From Eledone cirrhosa (lineage: Eukaryota): DNA of 64,000 nt. Below, piece after piece: positions 24,774 to 39,345 of the stretch (its first letter is position 1; the number at the start of each line of letters is the position of its first letter). A model generated the notes under the pieces. The model was given only the letters and a program-made list of their open reading frames with translations. It was not told the origin of the DNA and made no database searches. A program made the translations under genes and the position numbers. Location of the stretch: positions 20,770,001 to 20,834,000 of the forward strand of contig OZ024759.1 of the NCBI GenBank assembly GCA_964016885.1, written 5' to 3'.

Positions 24774-24959
24774 GTTATCTATATTACAGTAATATTTCCC
24801 TTTGCTTTCTATCATTTGTGTCATTTCATTATTGATTTCTTTGTGGATTGAGAGATAATTGCAGTGCCCCAGCCTGGCCTCAGCCTGTCGGTTAAAACAC
24901 CTAATGAAGTAACAGAGATATAGTTTTTATATAAAATGTTTATTGCATTGTTGTATATA

Positions 24960-25255
24960 CCTCCTTCTCCTCGTGCGTATTCCTCTCTCTTCCTCTCTCT
25001 TTGTCTGCTTCTTGCTCCCTCTTTCTCTCTTGCTCCCCCTCTCTCTCTCTCTCTCTCCCCCCTCTCTCTCTCTCTCTCTCTTGCTCCCCCCCTCTCTCTC
25101 TCTCTCTCTCGCTCCCCTCTCTCTCTCTTGCTACCACCTCTCTCTCTCTTGCTACCACCTCTCTCTCTCTCTTGCTACCACCTCTCTCTCTCTCTTGCTA
25201 CCACCTCTCTCTCTCTCTTGCTCCCCCCTCTCTCTCCCTCCCTCTCCCTCTCTCT

Positions 25256-25302
<47 letters not shown>

Positions 25303-25545
25303 TCTCTCTCTCTCTTCCTCTCTCTCTCTCTCTCTCTTGCTGCTCTCTTGCTGCTCTCTTGCGGCTCCCCCTCTCTCTCTCTCTCTTGCGGCTCCCCCTC
25401 TCTCTCTGCCTCTTTTTCTCTTCCTTTCTCTCTGTCTCTCATACTCACCTCTCTTTCCCTACCTGTCTCATACTCACCCCTCTCACCCCTCTCACCCTCT
25501 GTATCTCACCCCTCTCCCCCTCTCACCCCCCCCCCCCTCTCACCA
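24960..25545. repeat. (CT)n-rich compound simple repeat
   Basis: Read directly. Confidence 0.92.
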
Positions 25546-25930
25546 CACCAGCTGCTCTATATATTTCATTTAGTCTGGTTCCTTTTAATGTTTTCTTTTA
25601 TTCTTTATTATTTTTCCATTAATTTTCTGTTGGCCAGGTTTACACATTTCGTTGTTGCTGTTGCTGTTGTTGTTTCGTGAAGTTTAATTTTAGGAGAGTC
25701 TTCCATTGGTCTATAAGAAGATCTTTTATTGATTTTAATTGATTAGTTATTTCCACCTTCAGTTTATTATCATCCTATTCAGAAATTTCCATCTCGAGAA
25801 TTTTCTATTCTTAAATCCTTCCTATATTCCTTTTAAATCATATATTTGTTCTATTGTGTTATTCTAGTTCTATATGTCATCCCCAGTATTCTGTAGGTAC
25901 TTAAGTATCTGTGTTTTGTTATTTACAGTG

Positions 25931-26138
25931 GGCAGTATCGGTAGAAGGTCGGACGCCATGCTTTGAAGCATAGAGTTACGACCCTTTATGATCTGAGTTC
26001 AAATCCCGCCGAGGTTAACTTTGCCTTTCAACATTATGGGGTCGATAAAATAAAGTACCAGTAACGTACTGGGGTCGTATTAATCGACTTCCCCCTTCCC
26101 CAAAATATGCTGGCCTTGTGCCTATATAAGAAACCAAT
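25931..26138 (+). mobile_element. SINE family A, long-tail variant
   Basis: Core followed by ggggtcgtattaatcgact. Confidence 0.88.
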
Positions 26139-26502
26139 ATTTACAGTTTATTTTTCATATGTTAGATCTATCTTACGTTCCTAAGGGATATTTCAACTCG
26201 AATCTTTGTTAATATTCTTTGTTTATTGTTTTCAGTATTGTATTTTCCCCCTTTTTCCCCTTTTGTATTCATTCTTTCAAGTATTCTATTTTAAGGTCTG
26301 TTATCTTTTGGGGGTTTTGAGAAGATAAGTTCTTAAATAATCTAAATCAAGAGTTACTTTTAGTTGAGGGTTATTTTCTCTCCAGATACTTTGTGTGTTG
26401 TGTTAGAATAGTTTCCTTTTGTGAGGAGAATAGAGTGGAGCTGTGAAATATTTATATAGCATAAAAACGTATTTCTCTTGCGCCTGGTTATGTCTTTAGT
26501 GT

Positions 26503-27262
26503 ATCATCACCATCACCACCTCATTATTATCATCATCATTATTATCACCATCATCATCATTACCATCATCATCATCATTATTATCATCAGCGTCATCATC
26601 ATTGTCACCACCATCATCACCACCATCATCACCACCATCATCATCACCATCACCACCACCTTCATCAGCACCACCACCATCATCATCATTATTATTGAAG
26701 CGGTGGGTTGATAGAATCGTTAAAGCGTCAGAAGTTAAAATTCTCTATGGTGTTTGTTCTGGCCCTTTACGTTCTGAGTTCAAATCCCGCCGAGGTTAAC
26801 TTTGCCTTTCATCTTTACGGGGTCGATAAAATAAAGTACCAGTAATACACTGGGTAATTGGTGGCCTTGTGCCAAAAGTAAAAACAATTATTATTATTAT
26901 TATTATGCGTAGTTTATTTTATATTTTCATTGGTAAATCAGTCTTGCCATTGTGCGCTTTTACTCGAGTTTATTGTAAACCCCCATTATCCGTGTCTTTG
27001 TATTGTCCCCTAAATGTCGGCTCTTGTGGCCAATAAATGAAATCATCATCATCATCATGTCCTCCATCAGGATTGATCTTAATTCCTGGTTTAGAGAAGA
27101 TAGCGAACCACATTCTGTGGTCTTTGGTATGATGACGTTATTTGCATCTATCATCATTATCATCACCATCATTATCATCACCATCATTATCATCACCATC
27201 ATCATCATCATCAATATTATCATCATCAATATTATCATCATCATTATTTTCATCATCATTAT
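26503..27262. repeat. (CAT)n/(CAC)n tracts flanking a SINE family A copy (26698-26888)
   Basis: Read directly. Confidence 0.88.
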
Positions 27263-27646
27263 TTTTTTGAACTTCCAGACATATTTTTGTACTTCGCTAA
27301 TTTGAAGCCGAGCAATAATTAGCCGAATACGGCTCCTTTTGATTATATACCCCCGTCCCTGACCGCTCATCCACACCCCTTCTCTCTGCCGCCGCGCTGC
27401 TACATATTTGAGCGACGGTATAAAAAGGTTTTAGATCAGTAGGAGGGTTAACTATAAATGTCATATCACTTTGATACTTGGTTGAGCTAATTAATGAGCA
27501 GTAAAACCTCAATTGAATAACATTATTTTGGCATTGATCCGAGAAACGCAATGTTCAAAATATTTGCAGTAATGATGGTTTATTGCTTATATTGACAACA
27601 AACTAAGACATCATTATATATATGTATATTTGTATGTGTATATGTC

Positions 27647-27690
<44 letters not shown>

Positions 27691-27705
27691 AGTGTACGTG
27701 TCTAT

Positions 27706-27745
<40 letters not shown>

Positions 27746-27760
27746 TGAGAGAGATACGTC

Positions 27761-27794
<34 letters not shown>

Positions 27795-27979
27795 AATATA
27801 TATATACACACACTCATATACACTCATATACATCTGACCCTCTCTCTTTCTCTCTTTCATATATATATATAATTTTAATAGGGTGTTAACCGACTCATCG
27901 ACCCTAGCGAAATATATATATAATGACTAAATAATAAACTTATACACAACTGCATATGGCCTTCGCTATATTTAATGTT

Positions 27980-28011
<32 letters not shown>

Positions 28012-28040
28012 GTCTGTGTGGTGTGTGTGTGTGTGTTTTA

Positions 28041-28245
28041 AGTATTTCCGTAGAAAAGGTAAAGGAAAGAAGAGTGCTCCATGTATAGAACAGAGCTATT
28101 TAATTACGTAATAAACGACACAATATAATTATTCCATTACCAAAGGTTTCGCGAAGTTAGACGATTCTAACAGAAACGTCTGTTTCGTTCATCAGATGAA
28201 ATATCTGAGATATGGAATAGTTATATTATGTTGTTTATTACACAA
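28041..28245 (-). mobile_element. PLE-type cassette family P2 with a type I HHR motif (28132-28201, minus)
   Basis: Minus strand: tttcat CUGAUGA a-cgaa..agacg/cgtct..ttcg-c GAAACC ttt GGUA atggaa. Short inverted arm at ~28212-28241. Confidence 0.75.
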
Positions 28246-28390
28246 TTAAATATATATGTATGTATAAAGACACATATATACATATAGACAGAGAGAGAGA
28301 ACACCCTCAAGACAACGGTAATGTAAGCAATTCCTACCACAAGCATCGGTGACACACTGGGTCAGACTGTTACTACCATTGTTTAGATAT

Positions 28391-28578
28391 AATTGTTTCT
28401 ACTTTAGGCACAAGGCCAGCAATTACCCAGTGCGTTACTGGTACTTTATTTCATCGACCCCGTAAGGATGAAAGGCAAAGTCAACCTCGGCGGGATTTGA
28501 ACTCAGATCGTAAAGGGACGTAACTATGCTGGAAAGCATGGCATCCGACCCTCTACCGATACTGCCAATCCACCGCCC
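28391..28578 (-). mobile_element. SINE family A, full length
   Basis: Reverse complement of the 11623-11810 copy. Confidence 0.9.
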
Positions 28579-28855
28579 TTTGTTTAAATATAATGGTTCC
28601 TAGTTTATAGAATCCTAGTTTATAGAATCTTCTAGAATCATGGGAACACTTCAAGAAGTTATAATTCTTTAAACAAACGTTTTAACCCTTTCCTTACCAT
28701 ATTTCTAATGAAAGACACTGCCAATGATTTTTGAAATCTTTGTAAAATGATTTATGGTGGGATTTAGTAATATAATTAATTTTCTCATTGCCAAGGAGGT
28801 TTTTGGAACATAACTTAACAACGGATCTTACATAAAATTATGATACAAATTATGG

Positions 28856-28885
<30 letters not shown>

Positions 28886-28890
<5 letters not shown>

Positions 28891-29091
28891 AACGAGTAGG
28901 ACCCCGACGGCTGAGCTCAAGCCGTTTCGACGGCTAATTCTGGACTTAATTAGTCTAGAATTAGCCGTCGAAACGGCTTGAGCTCAGCCGTCGGGGTCCT
29001 ACTCGTTCCTATTACCCACTCTACTACCCTAAGTATTGAGTACTTTGGTGCGTCATGGTCCACCTGGTTCCTTACCACTTTTCCTCCGTTA
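28886..29091. mobile_element. PLE-type fold-back cassette family P3 (palindrome 28886-29012 plus tail) holding the 3' half of an HHR
   Basis: GAAACGGCT tgagctc AGCCGTC forms stem III plus GUC; no CUGANGA. Relatives at ~29430, 29858, 45563 and 52545. Confidence 0.82.
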
Positions 29092-29109
29092 TATATATAT
29101 ATATACACG

Positions 29110-29226
<117 letters not shown>

Positions 29227-29954
29227 TTAGTAATAAACGAAAGACATACACCTTATATCTCTTTATTTCATTATATATATTTCGAAGATTCAAAGTTTTA
29301 CGTATAACCTAAAGCAAAAGATTTTCTCTCCAGACGAAATATATAATTTTTTCCTCATATACTGGTAGACAAACGAACTGGACAGATCGATGACCACCAG
29401 GCTATATACATATATATATATTAGAAATAGTCGAGGCCCGGCGGATGAGCTCTTGCCGTTTCGACTGATAGTTCCAGACTCTTTCTAATATAGTCTTACT
29501 CTACTATCCCAAGTATCGAGTACCCTTTTGAATAATTGTCAAACTAGTTTAATCCATATATATATGAGAGAGAGAGAAAGAGAGAGCCCCGCACGAGCAA
29601 TTCAAAGGTCCGGCAATCTGAAGACTGGTTAATCCGTGGGTGTAGAGTTACAATGTTATGGGTAGATATCCAGGTCCGCAAGCGCTCAAGCTCCTCCGTT
29701 GCTATATTTCTAATGAAAGGCATTGAAAATAAACATTTGGAGAGATTTAGTAATACAAGTAACTAACTTTCTCTTTAAGTTGCTGTTTGAAACATAACAA
29801 CGGTTTTACATAGAATTATGATGGGATGTTATATATATATATATATATATATATGCTTATTACCCACTCTACTACCCTAAGTATTGAGTACTTTGGTGCG
29901 TTATGGTCCATCTGGTTCCTTACCACATTTCCTTCGTTATATATATATATATTA

Positions 29955-30092
29955 AACAACACAATATAATTATTCCATTTCGTGAAACCTTAGGTAATGA
30001 AATAATTATATTGTGTTGTTTATTATATCATTAAATAGCTCTGTACTTTACATAGAGCACTCTTCTTTCTTTTACCTTTTCTACGGAAATAC
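29955..30092. mobile_element. Family P2 short fold-back remnant
   Basis: aaacaacacaatataattatt is inverted; gaaacc tta ggta; P2 tail. Confidence 0.75.
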
Positions 30093-30118
30093 ATTACACA
30101 CACAGACACAGACACACA

Positions 30119-30213
<95 letters not shown>

Positions 30214-30336
30214 TTAAAAATAAACACCTTGGTATCATATAACGAGAGGCGACTTAGAGCAGATTGGTACCAAAAGAGTAAACAAAGGTTCTTATATAAA
30301 ATTATGATGGAAAATATTTAGCTAAGTATAAACACT

Positions 30337-30935
30337 TGAACCCTTTCGTTGCCATATTTCTTAGAGCACTGCTTATGGCTTTTAAATAGTTTTGAAAATA
30401 TTCAAGCATTTAGAGTGAATTAGTAATGTAACCTTTTCATTATTAATTTGGTGTTTAGAACATAACTTCACGACGGTTCTTACATATAATTATGATGGAA
30501 GCATTTTTTTTATTAATATACACATTTTAACCCTTTCCTTACCATATTTCTAACGAAAGACATAGTCTATGATTTTGAAGTCATTTTGAAAATAATCAAG
30601 AATTTGGAGAGATTTAGTAATAATATAACTAACTTTCTCGTTAATAAATTGATGTTTAGAACATAACATAACTACGGTTCTTACATAAAATTATGATGGA
30701 AGGAATTTAGATAACTATAAAACAATTTATCCCTTTCCTTACCATATTTATAATGAAAGACACTATCTATGGTTTTAAAGTCATGTTTATGACACTGACA
30801 TTTTTATGGCACTGTCTATGGTTTTGATGTCAGAAAATAAAGAATTTGAAGGGATTTAGAAATATAACTTTCTCATTACGTTGGTGATTAAAGCAACAAA
30901 AGTTCTTACATAAAATAAGGATGGAATGTTTTTAG
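30337..30935 (+). repeat. Three diverged ~195-bp tandem units of a dispersed element starting (tt)aaccctttc (piggyBac-like end)
   Basis: Units at ~30337, 30527 and 30727. Relatives at ~28682, 29700, 34261 and 42640. Confidence 0.65.
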
Positions 30936-32433
30936 ATATATTCTAGACGTCCCATGACGTCGCGGGTAGTCTAGTAATATATATATATATTTAGAGGGTT
31001 ATAATATATAGAAATAAGAGAGGGTTATAATATATATATAAAGAGAGTGGGTTATTGGTTATCACGGAGCTGTTGGCTATTTATGAAGTTACCCGGAAAA
31101 AACCCGTATCTCTGGAACCCGTGCTCCGATTTACGCGAAACTTGTTTTATTCCATTTGTATTCCCATTTCAGGGGCAACTTCCTTTCAAAGTATTTTCCC
31201 ATTATGCACCGTTTCGGCTGTATTACATTACAGACAATCACACAATCGCAGAGTTTTAGTATTGTATAGATAGATAAACACTCTAAAATACATAACTTAG
31301 TTTTGTAGAACCAGTGGTGATTTCTGGCAAATAATTACTTGCTCTACACAGGTCTATTTTGGGACTATTCCTTTAATATATATGTCCTTTCTTTATCTCT
31401 TTCTTTCTTTCTTTCTTTCTCTCTCTCTCTTTCTTTTTATCTTTCTCTTTCTTTTTATCTTTCTCTTTCTCTCTCTCTTTCTTTCTCTTTTTTCTCTTTT
31501 TTTTCTCTCTTTCTTTCCTTCTCTCACTCTTTCTTTCTTATTCTCCGAGAGGAACTTGCTAGGCCTTCACTCTACTCTTCTTTACTTCTGGAGAGGGAAA
31601 CGTTGTGGGTGGTCTCTCTCTCTCTCAACCTTCCTTACAGCTGAAACTTAGCTGATTCCGACAGGAAGGAGAGTGTGTGGGGGGGGGGGGGCGGGATAGA
31701 CAGACGGACAGGGAGAGAGGGAAGGAGGAGAATGGAAGGGAAGAGAGAGACGGGAAGGAAGACTGAAAGACTGGCAGACAGAAAGGACGAGAGAGAGAGA
31801 GGGGGAAGAAAGGAAGGGAAGGAGGGAGAGAGATAGGAAGGAAAGTAGAAAGTGACGGACAGACGGACATGCAGAGAGAGACAGACAGAGAGAGAGACGG
31901 AGACAGACAGAGAAAGAGAGAGAGACGGAGAGACAGAGAGAGAGAGAGAGACATAGAGACAGAGAGACAGAGAGAGAGAGAAACAAACAGACAGAGAGAG
32001 AGACACACAGACAGAGAAACAGAGACAGACAGAGAGAGAGAGACAGACAGACAGAGAGACAGACAGACAATGAGAGAAACAGAGAGAGAGAGAGAGAGAG
32101 AGAGACAGTCGTCTCCAATCCCTGGCTGGTGTTTTATTTATCAATCTGGAAAGAATAAAAAATCATATCTAAATTGATCTTGGCAGTATTTGAACTGGGA
32201 GGGAAGATGGGCGGAACAAATACAGCAAGGCATTTTATCTGACGTTCATTAAATGCCATTGTGGTATTTGTTTCGGTTCTTCTACATCCTGAGTTCAAAT
32301 CCCACCAAGGTCAACCAACAGAAAAGATACATATTAAACAGAAAGAAAGAAACAAACTTCATTTTCTTTTTACAATTTATTTTCAGCTTTTTATTTATCT
32401 TCAATATTTTTTCGGTGTGTAGATGTGTCTGTA

Positions 32434-32474
<41 letters not shown>

Positions 32475-32672
32475 CTGAATGTGTATGTGTGTGTGTATGT
32501 ACGTTTGTGTGTCTGTATGTGTCTTTGTGTGTCTGTACCCTGTATATGCATACGTAAGTGCGTGTGTGTGTTTGTATGTATGTGTCTATGTTTGTGTCTA
32601 TGTATGTGTATATATATATGTGTGTGTGTGTATGTGTCTCTATATATGTCTCTATATATGTCTGTTTGTTTG

Positions 32673-32703
<31 letters not shown>

Positions 32704-32954
32704 CTGTATAAGTATATATATGTGTGTGCGTGTGTATGTGTGTCTGTTTGTATATATATATATATATATGTGTGTGTGTGCCTGTTTGTATATATATACG
32801 TATATATGTGTGTCTGTGTATATATATATATATATGTGCGTGTCTGTGTGTGTATATATGTGCCTGTGTGTATATATATATATATATATGCGTGTCTGTT
32901 TGTATATATACATGTGTGTCTGTGTATGTATATATATATATATATATGTATGTA

Positions 32955-33007
<53 letters not shown>

Positions 33008-33018
33008 GTGTGTGTGTG

Positions 33019-33083
<65 letters not shown>

Positions 33084-33106
33084 ATGTATATATATGTATG
33101 TGTGTG

Positions 33107-33137
<31 letters not shown>

Positions 33138-33258
33138 TTTGTTTGTTTTCCATTTCAGGGTAAAATGGTTCCATTGATTTACGTAGCTGTATTGATTTAT
33201 TTAGTTTTATCGTTGACGAATTTTCAAACGTGAATTTCTACAGTAATTCACGTTTGAG

Positions 33259-33760
33259 GTCTTGTTGTTGTTGTTGTTGCTATTGTTGTTGTTGTTGTTG
33301 CTATTGTAGTTGTTGTTGTTGCTATTGTAGTTGTTGTTGTTGTTGCTATTGTAGTTGTTGTTGTTGTTGCTATTGTAGTTGTTGTTGTTGCTATTGTAGT
33401 TGTTGTTGTTGTTGCTATTGTAATTGTTGTTGTTGCTATTGTAGTTGTTGTTGTTGCTATTGTAGTTGTTGTTGTTGCTATTGTAGTTGTTGTTGTTGGT
33501 GGTGTTGGTATTGTACTTGTTGTAGTTTCTATTGTTGTTGTTGTAGTTGTTGTAGTTTCTGTTGTTGTTGTTGTTGCAGTAGTTTTTGTAGTTGGTGCTG
33601 TAGATCCTGTAGTAGTAGTAATACTAGTTGTAGTAGTAGTAATACTAGTTGTAGTTGTAGTAGTTTTAGTAGTTTCAATTGTTGTTGTTCAATTGTTGTT
33701 GTTAAAGTGTTAGTGGTAATAGTAGTAGTTATTGTCGTTGTTATTGTTGCTGTTGTTATA
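33259..33760. repeat. (TTG)n/(TAG)n compound trinucleotide repeat
   Basis: Read directly. Confidence 0.93.
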
Positions 33761-34364
33761 TTACCTTCGTCTTTGCTATTTGTAACTTGCTGTTGAAGAT
33801 GATGATGATTTTATTGTTGCAATCGAAGCGGCCATATTGTTTGATGTTTCACCAAGATGCTGATCCACCCCACTCCACCCACTCTTCTCCTCTCCTCCGC
33901 ACCACTCCTCCCCCACTCCTTCCACTCCACCCCCACTCCTTCCACTCCACCCCCACACCTCCCACCCCCACAGCTCCCCCAATCCACCCCCACACCTCCC
34001 CCACCCACCCCTACTCCACACCTCTCCAATCTGCTCCATTTTTGCTCTTCCTGTTCTGTAATTTAAGAATCGAAGCTTCTTTTTTCTTTTTTCTTTTTCT
34101 TTTTTTTCTTTTTCTTTTTTTTCTTTTTCTTTTCTTTCTTTTTCTTCTTTCTCTTTTTTTTCTTTTTCTTTTTTCTTCTTTTTCTTTTTTCTTTTTCTTC
34201 TTTTTCTTCTTCTTATTGCCTAAACAACATTCAATCTAATTCTTCATAGTATTCCATAGTTTAACCCTTCATTGCCATATTTATAATTAAATACACTGTA
34301 ATTAAATTAGATAGAGAAGAATTTGGAAGAATTTACTAAGCTATTATTTATTATTTCATTTGGA

Positions 34365-34858
34365 AGCATAGTTAGAGGGCCGGACGTCATGATTTGCAGC
34401 ATAGAGTTACGGCTCTTTACGGTCTGAGTTCAAATCCCGCCGAGGTTAACTTTGCCTCTCATCCTTACAAAAGTCAATAACATAAAGTACCAGTAATACA
34501 CTGGGGTAATTGCTGGCCTTGTGCCAAAAGTAGAAACAATTATTCTGTTACAGCTCTTTAAGCCCTGAGTTTATATTCCGCTGAGGTTACCTTTGCTTTA
34601 CCTTTCATCCTTACAGAATTGATAAAATAAAGTACCAGTAATACACTGGGGTAATTGCTGGTCTTGTGCCAAAAGTAGCAACAATTATTATGTTACAGCT
34701 CTTTAACCCGTGAGTTTATATTCCGCTGAGGTTACCTTTGCTTTACCTTTCATCCTTACAGAATTGATAAAATAAAGTACCAGTAAAGCACTGGGGTCGA
34801 TTTATCGGGTTTCCTCTCCCCCAAAAGATTGTCAGCCTTGTGCCTAAATCAGAAACCA
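34365..34858 (+). mobile_element. Three head-to-tail SINE family A units
   Basis: Units 2 and 3 share private variants (gagtttatattccgctgaggttacctttgctttacc). Confidence 0.85.
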
Positions 34859-35689
34859 TAATTAAGATGTAATAAAATACTGATAAGTTTTGAAAATCCG
34901 GTAGAATGTGGTAGAAAAATCCAAAGGGCAAATGATGACAAATAAAATAAATCAAAGCAATGTTTTACCCAGTATATTTCAACATGATATTTCAGGGCTA
35001 TATCCTCTTTTCAAATGTGGAGCTGAAACAGTTCAAAACAAAAACGTACGATCGATACCGCATCTTACCGACATTTTGAAATTTATCGTTTTTTTTTTTT
35101 TATTACATATCTCATATTACCTCATATTAATTCTACTACTTTATTATTAAGATGGTATTTTTAACAACAACAATAAAAAAATTACATTGGAAGGTTTTAA
35201 TTTAAATATGAACCCTTTAATATGGGTTGCTCTGTTACATAGAACTAGAGCTAGTTTTAGTTGGGTTGGGTTGGTATCAGGAGGGTTATGAAATTATGAA
35301 AAGGAATAAAGATGCATTCGTTAACTAAGATAAATACGTGTGCTGTGGTGAGATGAGAAGTTCTGGCGTTGGGGGAAGGGGCTGATGGAAGTAGGGCACT
35401 TGTTTTGACAATGAATGGTGGCTGAGTGAGGATAGGGTTCCTTCTACGAAGAAACGGTGGTAAGGCAGGGCCTTCTCTGATGAAATGGGGAATATGTGAG
35501 TATTGCCAACCTAGCTCTAAAGAGATGGGAGGAGGGGGGGGGGAGTAGGTGTACACGACTGGCCCTTTTGTGAAGAAATGCGGTGGGGTGGGTCTTGGTA
35601 TTGCCAACCCTTCTCTGAAGAAATGAACTCTGTGAGTATGGCTGACTCTTAACCGAAAAAAGGGGTAGGTGGGGATTATGACTATCAAT

Positions 35690-36925
35690 CTCTCAAGAAA
35701 TGGGATGTTTGTGGAGTATGACTGTCCACTCTCTGAAGAAATGGGATATTTGTGGAGTATGACTGTCCACTCTCTGAAGAAATGGGATGTTTGTGGAGTA
35801 TGACTGTCCACTCTCTCAAGAAATGGGATGTTTGTGGAGTATGACTGTCCACTCTCTCAAGAAATGGGATGTTTGTGGAGTATGACTGTCCACTCTCTTA
35901 AGAGATGGGATGTTTGTGGAGTATGACTGTCCACTCTCTCAAGAGATGGTATGTTTGTGGAGTATGACTGTCCACTCTCTCAAGAAATGGATGTTTGTGG
36001 AGTATGACTGTCCACTCTCTCAAGAAATGGGATGTTTGTGGAGTATGACTAACCCTTCTCTCAAGAAATGGGATGTTTGTGGAGTATGACTAACCCTTCT
36101 CTCAAGAAAAGGGATGTTTGTGGAGTATGACTGTCCACTCTCTCAAGAAATGGGATGTTTGTGGAGTATGACTGTCCACTCTCTCAAGAGATGGGATGTT
36201 TATGGAGTATGACTGTCCACTCTCTCAAGAAATGGGATGTTTGTGGAGTATGACTAACCCTTCTCTCAAGAAATGGGATGTTTGTGGAGTATGACTAAAC
36301 CTTCTCTCAAGAAAAGGGATGTTTGTGGAGTATGACTGTCCACTCGCTCAAGAAATGGGATGTTTGTGGAGTATGACTGTCCACTCTCTCAAGAGATGGG
36401 ATGTTTGTGGAGTATGACTGTCCACTCTCTCAAGAAATGGGATGTTTGTGGAGTATGACTAACCCTTCTCTCAAGAAATGGGATGTTTGTGGAGTATGAC
36501 TGTCCACTCTCTCAAGAAATGGGATGTTTGTGGAGTATGACTGTCCACTCTCTCAAGAAATGGGATGTTTGTGGAGTATGACTGTCCACTCTCTTAAGAG
36601 ATGGGATGTTTGTGGAGTATGACTGTCCACTCTCTCAAGAAATGGGATGTTTGTGGAGTATGACTGTCCACTCTCTCAAGAAATGGGATGTTTGTGGAGT
36701 ATGACTAATCCTTCTCTCAAGAAAAGGGATGGTTGTGGAGTATGACTGTCCACTCTCTTAAGAGATGGGATGTTTGTGGAGTATGACTGTCCACTCTCTT
36801 AAGAGATGGGATGTTTGTGGAGTATGACTGTCCACTCTCTTAAGAGATGGGATGTTTGTGGAGTATGACTGTCCACTCTCTTAAGAGATGGGATGTTTGT
36901 GGAGTATGACTAACCCTTTCCTGAA
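35690..36925. repeat. 41-bp minisatellite (ctctcaagaaatgggatgtttgtggagtatgactgtccact), about 30 units
   Basis: Period 41 (35821 to 35862); gtccact and aaccctt variants. Confidence 0.96.
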
Positions 36926-37229
36926 GAGATTGGGTGCATATGAGCGTGGCTGGCCCTACTACGAAGAAAGGAGATGTTTGTAGAGCATAACTGGTCCTTC
37001 TTTGAAGAGATGGGGGAGGTGTTTGAGCTTGGCTGACTCTTTTCTGAATAAATGGGAGGGGTGGGAGATATTTGAGCTTGGTTATTGTTTTTTTTCTGAA
37101 GAAGACGGTGGGTGTGAACATGACTGGGCCTTCTTAAAAAACGGGGGTGGATATAAACATTGCCGATTCTTCTCCAAAGAAATGGAGTATCTATGAACAT
37201 GGAACTTCTCTGAAGAAATGGTGTATATG

Positions 37230-37582
37230 TGAACATGAACTTTTGTGAACAAAATGGCGTGTCTATAAACATGAACTTCTGTGAACAAAATGGAGTGTGT
37301 ATAAACATGAAATTCTGTGAACAAAATGGAGTGTGTATAAACATGAACTTCTGTGAACAAAATGGAGTGTCTATAAACATGAACTTCTGTGAACAAAATG
37401 GAGTGTGTATAAACATGAACTTCTGTGAACAAAATGGAGTGTGTATAAACATGAACTTCTGTTAACAAAATGGAGTGTCTATGAACAGAAACTTCTGTGA
37501 ACAAAATGGAGGGTCTATAAACATGAATTTCTGTGAACAAAGTGGAGTGTGTATGAACATGAATTTCTGTGAACAAAATGGA
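37230..37582. repeat. 36-bp minisatellite (aaacatgaacttctgtgaacaaaatggagtgtgtat), about 10 units
   Basis: Direct tandem units; 12-aa periodicity in the ORF track. Confidence 0.94.
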
Positions 37583-37710
37583 TTTTGTTTGAGTATGTCC
37601 GTCTCCGAAATATTGGAGTTTGTGTGTGTGAGGTCCGGTCTCTAGACAGCTGCCGAATGGTATCGCCATTCCAGAACATTCCCACTTGCTGTGTATATAT
37701 GCTAATGGCT

Positions 37711-37742
<32 letters not shown>

Positions 37743-38129
37743 CAGCCAGAGAGAGAGAGAGAAAGAGAAACAGACAGAGAGAGAAACAGGCAGACGGTGA
37801 GAGAGAGAGCAAGAAGCTTCCGTACATGCCACAGAGAGGCTGTCTTATCTTCTTATCTTCTTCCATCTTTTCCCTCTTCAAGACACCAAACCAGACATTG
37901 AGAGAAATGAGAATAAATAGATAGATAAATAAATAAATAAATCTATGAAATACGTTGCTCCCTTCTGACATGTTTATTATACTTTGATAAATACTGCGGC
38001 TTTACAACTATCTCTTCGCACTCCGCCATTCTTCGGTTATCTCCGAATATTTCCGCCCCCTGTCTCCTTCTCTCCAGTTCCTCCACATATTCTCTACGTC
38101 TCTCAAACTCTCCCTAATTCTACTTCCAC

Positions 38130-38539
38130 GTATTCTCTCTCTCTCTGCCACTCACTCACTCACTCTCTCTGCCACTCACTCTCTCTCTCTCTCTCTCTCT
38201 CTCCCTATATATATATATATATATCTGTTTGTCTGTCCTTAGCACTCTTTTTCTCTCTCCCTTGCCATTATCTCTCTCTCTCTCCCCCCTTGCCATTATC
38301 TCTCCCCCCCCCCTGCCATTATCTCTCTCTCTCTCTCTCTCCCCCCCTTTGCCATTATCTCTCTTGCCATTATCTCTCTCTCCCCCTTGCCATTATCCCT
38401 CTCTCTCTCTTTTCTCTCTTGCCATTATCTCTCTCTCTCTCTCTCTCCCTTGCCATTATCCCTCTCTCTCTCTCCCCCTTGCCATTATCCCTCTCTCTCT
38501 CTTTTCTCTCTTGCCATTATCTCTCTCTGCCCCTTGCCA

Positions 38540-38607
<68 letters not shown>

Positions 38608-39030
38608 CTTCTCTCTCTTTCTTTCTCTCTCCTCTCTCGTCTCTCTTTCTCTCTCTCTTCTCTCTCTCTCTCTTCTCTCTCTCTTCTCTCTCTTTCTTTC
38701 TCTCTCCTCTCTCGTCTCTCTTTCTCTCTCTCTTCTCTCTCTCTCTCTTCTCTCTCTCTTCTCTCTCTCTCTTCTCTCTCTCTCTTTCTCTCTCTCTTCT
38801 CTCTCTTCTCTCTCTTCTCTCTCTCTTCACATATCTGCCTCTCTTCCCCTCTCTCTCCAAAGATTTAAGATATATCACCTCTGTCTCCACTCTGTCCCGC
38901 AAGTATCTACCTCTCTCTCTCCCCGCTCTCCACCACCTCCTCTCCATCCCCTTCTTCTCCTCCCCTCCCAACCCCCTTCTTCTCCTCCCCTCCCAACCCC
39001 CTTCTTCTCCTCCCCTCCCATCCTCACCGC
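38130..39030. repeat. (CT)n-rich compound repeat with recurring ttgccattatc
   Basis: Read directly. Confidence 0.9.
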
Positions 39031-39210
39031 CCTCTACATCTCTAGAGAATGTATCACCTCTGTCTCCGTTCTGTCCCGCAAGCCTCCACATGTCATGTCC
39101 AGGCATCTTTAGTTACACTTAATCCGCCATGACACTTGTGTAGGAACGTCACGTATATATATATGTCTGTCTCTCTATACAACATCTACTTCATCATTAA
39201 TGTTACATAG

Positions 39211-39258
<48 letters not shown>

Positions 39259-39307
39259 TTGTACATATAAATATACAAACACACACACATTTGTACTTAT
39301 AAATATA

Positions 39308-39345
<38 letters not shown>

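Noticed and set aside
33230-33796. Cys-rich, metallothionein-like ORF
   Set aside because: Translation of (TTG)n simple repeat.
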